From: Steroidobacteraceae bacterium
GTDB taxonomy: Bacteria > Pseudomonadota > Gammaproteobacteria > Steroidobacterales > Steroidobacteraceae
Length of the DNA: 64,000 nt
Assembly: GCA_035518275.1 (NCBI GenBank)
Contig: DATIXU010000108.1
Coordinates: forward strand, 2,039 to 66,038
Reading direction: 5' to 3'
Shown here: piece by piece, positions 60,419 through 64,000 of the stretch
Layout: each line of letters begins with the position of its first letter
Position numbering within the stretch: the stretch's first letter is position 1
The notes under the pieces: generated by a model
The model's input: only the letters and a program-made list of their open reading frames with translations
Databases searched by the model: none
What the model was told of the DNA's origin: nothing
Translations under genes and position numbers: made by a program

Positions 60419-61275
60419 GTCGGCGAGCCTCCCTGCATCTTGGCAACGAACAGGTCGGCGATCGAGGGCGTGTGCAGCTCGCCGTAGGCGCCGAGCTCGG
60501 CGGCCGAGCGGCCCTCGAAGAACATCGCCACCCGCCCGAATATCTCGCGCTCGTAGAACGGCTTGAGCGCGCGCGCACGGGCGGCATCGTCGGCGCTCAC
60601 GGTGAGCTGCTGGTAGCGGTTGCCGAGCTCCTCGACCGGGGAGTTGAGCGCGAACTTCCCGTGGTTGATGAAGATCACGTCGGTGAAGAGGTGCTCGACC
60701 TCCTCCACCTGGTGCGTGGTGAGGAGGATGGTGCGCTCCTTGTCGAAATAGTCGTTGAGGAGCGTGTCGTAGAACTGGCGGCGATACAGCAGGTCGAGCC
60801 CGAGCGTGGGCTCATCGAGCACCAGGAGCCTCGCGTCGATCGCCAGGATCAGTGCCAGGTGCAGCTGCGTCACCATGCCCTTGCTGAGCTGGCCGACGCG
60901 GCTGGTGCGCTTGATGTCGGTCTTGGCGAGAAAGTTCTCGGCGACGCTGCGGTCGAAGCGCGGATGCACGTGCTCGACGAACTCGACCGCCTGGGCGACG
61001 CGCAGCCAGCGGGGCAGCACCGCCACGTCCGCGATGAAGCACACGTCGCGCATGAGCTCGTCGCGCTGCGAGCGCGGGTCGAGCCCGAAAATCCTGAGAT
61101 CCCCCGAGAATGAGGTGAGGCCGAGGATCGCCTTGAGCGCGGTGGTCTTGCCCGCGCCGTTCGGACCGATCAGGCCGACGATGCGCCCCGGCTCGACGCT
61201 GAAGCTCACCGAGTCCAGCGCGTGGGTCGCGCCGTAGGACTTTGCGAGTCCCCGCGCTTCAATTACCGCTGTCAT
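60415..61275 (-). CDS. ABC transporter ATP-binding protein
   Basis: Walker A GPNGAGKTT, signature LSKGMVTQ and Walker B LLVLDEPTLGLD. It overlaps the GntR stop by 17 nt. Confidence 0.9.
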   Translation of the reverse strand: MTAVIEARGLAKSYGATHALDSVSFSVEPGRIVGLIGPNGAGKTTALKAILGLTSFSGDLRIFGLDPRSQRDELMRDVCFIADVAVLPRWLRVAQAVEFVEHVHPRFDRSVAENFLAKTDIKRTSRVGQLSKGMVTQLHLALILAIDARLLVLDEPTLGLDLLYRRQFYDTLLNDYFDKERTILLTTHQVEEVEHLFTDVIFINHGKFALNSPVEELGNRYQQLTVSADDAARARALKPFYEREIFGRVAMFFEGRSAAELGAYGELHTPSIADLFVAKMQGGSPT

Positions 61276-61675
61276 CTTTGTCCCCTTTGGCGGGCGCGGC
61301 CGGGAAAGGCGCCGCGGGTGCGGCGGCTCCGGCGCGCAGCAGCTCGTCGCTCGAGAACCCCAGGCGCTGGATGGTCGCGTAGACCTTCGGCCATTCGTCC
61401 TCGAGAAAGCGCTGCCGCTCGTCCTTCATGAGCGCCTTGCGGGCGCCGAGGCTCACGAACATGCCGAGGCCCCGGCGCTTCTCTACCAGCTGCTCGTCCA
61501 CCAGCTGCTGGTAGCCCTTGAGCACCGTCAGCGGGTTGAGGCGAAAGTCCGCCGCGACATTGCGCACCGAGGGCAGCGGGTCGCCTTCCTTCAGGACGCC
61601 CTCGAGGATCATGGCGACCACACGGTCCCGCAGCTGCCGGTAGATCGGCTGACTGTTGTCCCATTGCGGATCCAT
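61259..61675 (-). CDS. GntR family regulator, YtrA-like short subfamily
   Basis: wHTH PIYRQLRDRVVAMILEGVLKEGDPLPSVRNVAADFRLNPLTVLKGYQQLVDEQLVEKRRGLGMFV with a short C-terminal region. The ATG at 61675 was chosen; the GTG at 61690 is possible. Confidence 0.85.
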   Translation of the reverse strand: MDPQWDNSQPIYRQLRDRVVAMILEGVLKEGDPLPSVRNVAADFRLNPLTVLKGYQQLVDEQLVEKRRGLGMFVSLGARKALMKDERQRFLEDEWPKVYATIQRLGFSSDELLRAGAAAPAAPFPAAPAKGDKDDSGN

Positions 61676-61713
61676 GATCGCTGTTGTCACGGGGGCGTCT
61701 GTGGGTTGGTCAA

Positions 61714-61908
61714 CTAATCTACCAAAACGGCCGGCTCGGGCTTGCCGAACCAGGACGGCGCGGACACGTGAGCGATGCTGATGAACTCGGGCTGCGTGCC
61801 CGGGACAACGGCAGTCGACTCGACGAAGGCCATGCTGGACAGCACGCAGATCAGGGCGGCGGCAGCGGCACAGGTGGTGTTGCGATAGACGGTTGTGAGT
61901 GCGTTCAT
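61714..61908 (-). CDS. Possible 64-aa hydrophobic leader-gene product upstream of the GntR gene
   Basis: The ATG at 61908 is preceded by GAGGAG at 6 nt. It has a hydrophobic N-terminus (AAAAALICVLSSMAFV) and GC-rich third positions. No family was recognised. Confidence 0.45.
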   Translation of the reverse strand: MNALTTVYRNTTCAAAAALICVLSSMAFVESTAVVPGTQPEFISIAHVSAPSWFGKPEPAVLVD

Positions 61909-61976
61909 GGTCATCTCCTCTCTTGGCTTCCTTACTCTTCGGCTCTCTGCACCATGCAGATCGCCTTCCTTGGTGT

Positions 61977-62022
61977 TGTACTCTACTAGAACACTACTTG
62001 AGTGTCAAACTATTTCAGTACA
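61977..62022. promoter_or_regulatory. Nested inverted repeats in an AT-rich promoter region (TGTACT...ACACT-N5-AGTGT...AGTACA)
   Basis: The outer arms are 61977-61982 / 62017-62022 and the inner arms are 61991-61995 / 62001-62005. The repeat lies 70-115 nt upstream of the small ORF / GntR operon. Confidence 0.4.
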
Positions 62023-62186
62023 TGACCTTGAGACCCCAAAAAAGGCGGGTCTGAGGCCTTTTCAGGCCCCGTTTCCAAGGGGCCGGGGTCGGTGTCTCGA
62101 GCCGGGGACGCCGTTTGTGCGGGCTCCAAGGGGCGCACACGCTAAACTTTCTCGCCCTTTCCCCCTCGCCGCAGAGAAAACCCCTC

Positions 62187-63167
62187 ATGAAACCCGCTGT
62201 GAATGTCGCGATCACCGGCGCCGCCGGGCAGATCGGCTACGCTCTCGCGTTTCGCGTCGCCTCGGGAGCGCTCCTCGGGCCCGAGACGCGCGTGAATCTC
62301 CGTCTGCTCGAGATCAGCGCGGCGCTGCCTGCGCTGCAGGGCGTGCTGATGGAGCTCAGCGACTGTGCTTTTACAACACTCGCGAGCGCGAGCGCGAGTG
62401 ACGATGCGAACGTCGCCTTCCGCGACTGTCAGATCGCGCTGCTGGTGGGCGCGCGGCCGCGCGGTCCCGGCATGGAGCGCAAGGATCTGCTGCTCGCCAA
62501 CGCGCAGATCTTCTCCGCGCAGGGCAAGGCGCTGAACGCGGTCGCCGACCGCAACGTGCGCGTGCTGGTGGTCGGCAATCCCGCCAACACCAACGCGCTC
62601 ATCACCATGCAGAATGCGCGCGACCTCAACCCGCGCAATTTCACCGCCATGACGCGCCTCGATCACAACCGCGCGCTGGCGCAGCTCGCGGAGAAAACCC
62701 ACACGCACGTCACCGACATCCGCCGCATGACGATCTGGGGCAATCACTCCGCGACCCAGTACCCCGACCTCTCGCACGCCACAGTGCGCGGCGCGGCCGC
62801 CGCCTCGCTCGTCGATCGCGCATGGATCGAGGGCACTTTCATTCCGACGGTGCAGCAGCGCGGCGCCGCGGTGATCAAGGCGCGCGGCGCCTCATCCGCC
62901 GCCTCGGCGGCATCCGCGGCGCTCGATCACGTGCACACCTGGGTGCACGGCACGGCGAAAGACGACTGGGTGAGCATGGCGGTGCCTGCGGACGGCAGCT
63001 ACGGTATTCCCGCCGGCGTCATCTACTCGTATCCGGTCAGCGTGCACAATGGCGACTACCGGATCGTGCCGAATCTCGCCATCGATGAGTTCAGCCGCAA
63101 GCGCATGGACGCGACGCACGCGGAGCTGCGCGAGGAGCGTGACGGCGTGAAGAATCTGTTGGGCTAA
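62187..63167 (+). CDS. mdh: Malate dehydrogenase
   Basis: [29 protein letters not shown] and WGNHS are present. The ATG at 62187 ([11 protein letters not shown]) was chosen. Confidence 0.93.
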   Translation: MKPAVNVAITGAAGQIGYALAFRVASGALLGPETRVNLRLLEISAALPALQGVLMELSDCAFTTLASASASDDANVAFRDCQIALLVGARPRGPGMERKDLLLANAQIFSAQGKALNAVADRNVRVLVVGNPANTNALITMQNARDLNPRNFTAMTRLDHNRALAQLAEKTHTHVTDIRRMTIWGNHSATQYPDLSHATVRGAAAASLVDRAWIEGTFIPTVQQRGAAVIKARGASSAASAASAALDHVHTWVHGTAKDDWVSMAVPADGSYGIPAGVIYSYPVSVHNGDYRIVPNLAIDEFSRKRMDATHAELREERDGVKNLLG

Positions 63168-63176
63168 AGGATAACT

Positions 63177-64000
63177 ATGATCGGCGCAATCATCGCACTC
63201 CTGCTGGTGGTGGCCGCCGCCTACGCCGTCACGCAGATCGGGGGCGTGATCACGCTGCTGTTCGTCGCGGCGGTGCTGTTTCTCGCCTATCGGCGCTTGT
63301 CGCTGCTCGTCTTTACGGTGACTTTCACGGTGCTGCTGGCGCTGTATACCACCGCGGGCGCTCCGGCCGGCATCTGGAAGGGACTGCTGTGGGTGCTGCT
63401 CGCGGGGCTGTGGCTGCTCAACCTGCGGCCGCTGCGCAAGTCGCTCATCACGCGCCCGTTCCTCGGCGCGTACCTGAGGCTGCTGCCGTCGATGTCGCAG
63501 ACCGAGCGCGAGGCTCTCGAGGCCGGCACCGTATGGTGGGATGGGGAGCTGTTCACCGGCGCACCGCAGTGGCAGAAGCTCCTCGCGGCGCGGCCCCCGC
63601 GCCTCTCGCCCGAGGAGCAGGCGTTCCTCGACGGCCCCTGCGAGGAGCTGTGCCGCATGCTCGATGAGTGGCACATCACCCACGAGCGCGCCGACCTGCC
63701 GCCCGAGGCCTGGGAGCTCCTCAAGACCCGCGGCTTCTTCGCGATGATCATCCCGAAGAAATACGGCGGCATGGAATTCTCCGCCTACGCTCACTCGTGC
63801 GTGCTCGCGAAGATCTCGAGCAGGAGCCCGACCGCCGCTTCCAACGCCGCGGTACCGAATTCACTCGGCCCCGCCGAGCTCCTGAACCACTACGGCACGG
63901 AGGCGCAGAAGAACTACTACCTGCCGCGCCTGGCGCGCGGCGACGAAGTGCCGTGCTTCGCGCTCACCGGTCCGCGCGCCGGCTCCGATGCCGCCTCCAT
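63177..64000 (+). CDS. fadE: FadE-type acyl-CoA dehydrogenase, 3' end beyond the window
   Basis: Hand-translated, with no stop before the window end. It has N-terminal TM helices (MIGAIIALLLVVAAAYAV...), then WWDGELFTG, IPKKYGGMEFS, YYLPRLARGDEVPCFALTGP as in long FadE proteins. Confidence 0.82.
   Translation, partial: MIGAIIALLLVVAAAYAVTQIGGVITLLFVAAVLFLAYRRLSLLVFTVTFTVLLALYTTAGAPAGIWKGLLWVLLAGLWLLNLRPLRKSLITRPFLGAYLRLLPSMSQTEREALEAGTVWWDGELFTGAPQWQKLLAARPPRLSPEEQAFLDGPCEELCRMLDEWHITHERADLPPEAWELLKTRGFFAMIIPKKYGGMEFSAYAHSCVLAKISSRSPTAASNAAVPNSLGPAELLNHYGTEAQKNYYLPRLARGDEVPCFALTGPRAGSDAAS

Noticed and set aside
62025-62186. Calling the mdh leader a known riboswitch or annotating it as an ncRNA gene
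   Set aside because: I recognise no consensus of a known riboswitch class. Only generic hairpins and short repeats are visible, so it is kept as an observation and not as a feature.

Overview
Very GC-rich proteobacterial chromosomal DNA, densely packed with about 65 protein-coding genes. I saw no rRNA, tRNA, CRISPR array, transposase, integrase or prophage signature by eye. Most of the content is conserved housekeeping. This includes gabD, hemH, acs, pntAA-pntAB-pntB, priA, argS, def-fmt-rsmB-DUF4390-ntrY-ntrX, a LysM protein followed by dprA-smg-topA, rlmJ-aroE, gor, prlC, xthA, mdh and fadE. The def/fmt/rsmB/ntrYX synteny and the ECF-sigma/DUF3619/DUF3106 module resemble Betaproteobacteria or related GC-rich Gammaproteobacteria; that placement is an inference, not a database result. 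Accessory-looking parts are: a TetR-controlled TonB receptor / acyl-CoA synthetase / hydrolase operon; an Mla/Mce-type lipid ABC system; a YtrA-type GntR/ABC operon; a stand-alone HNH nuclease; an orphan ArsR regulator; and an HD protein plus a HAMP-PAS-GGDEF-EAL protein. I did not find a convincing new multi-gene system such as a defence island. The best leads are listed here.
- Histone-like Lys/Arg/Ala/Pro tails are fused in frame to Acs and TopA. The Acs tail is built on a 21-bp tandem repeat.
- A 46-codon membrane ORF, absent from the ORF track, is ATGA-coupled on both sides inside the GntR/ABC operon. A second small ORF and a nested inverted repeat lie upstream of that operon.
- Paired palindromic operator candidates sit in front of the TetR and ArsR genes.
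- A four-gene ECF module contains an extra small gene.
Start codons were chosen by eye from SD spacing, signal peptides and family N-termini, so they are less certain than stop positions. The many long Arg/Ala/Gly-rich ORFs antisense to recognisable genes are high-GC artefacts.
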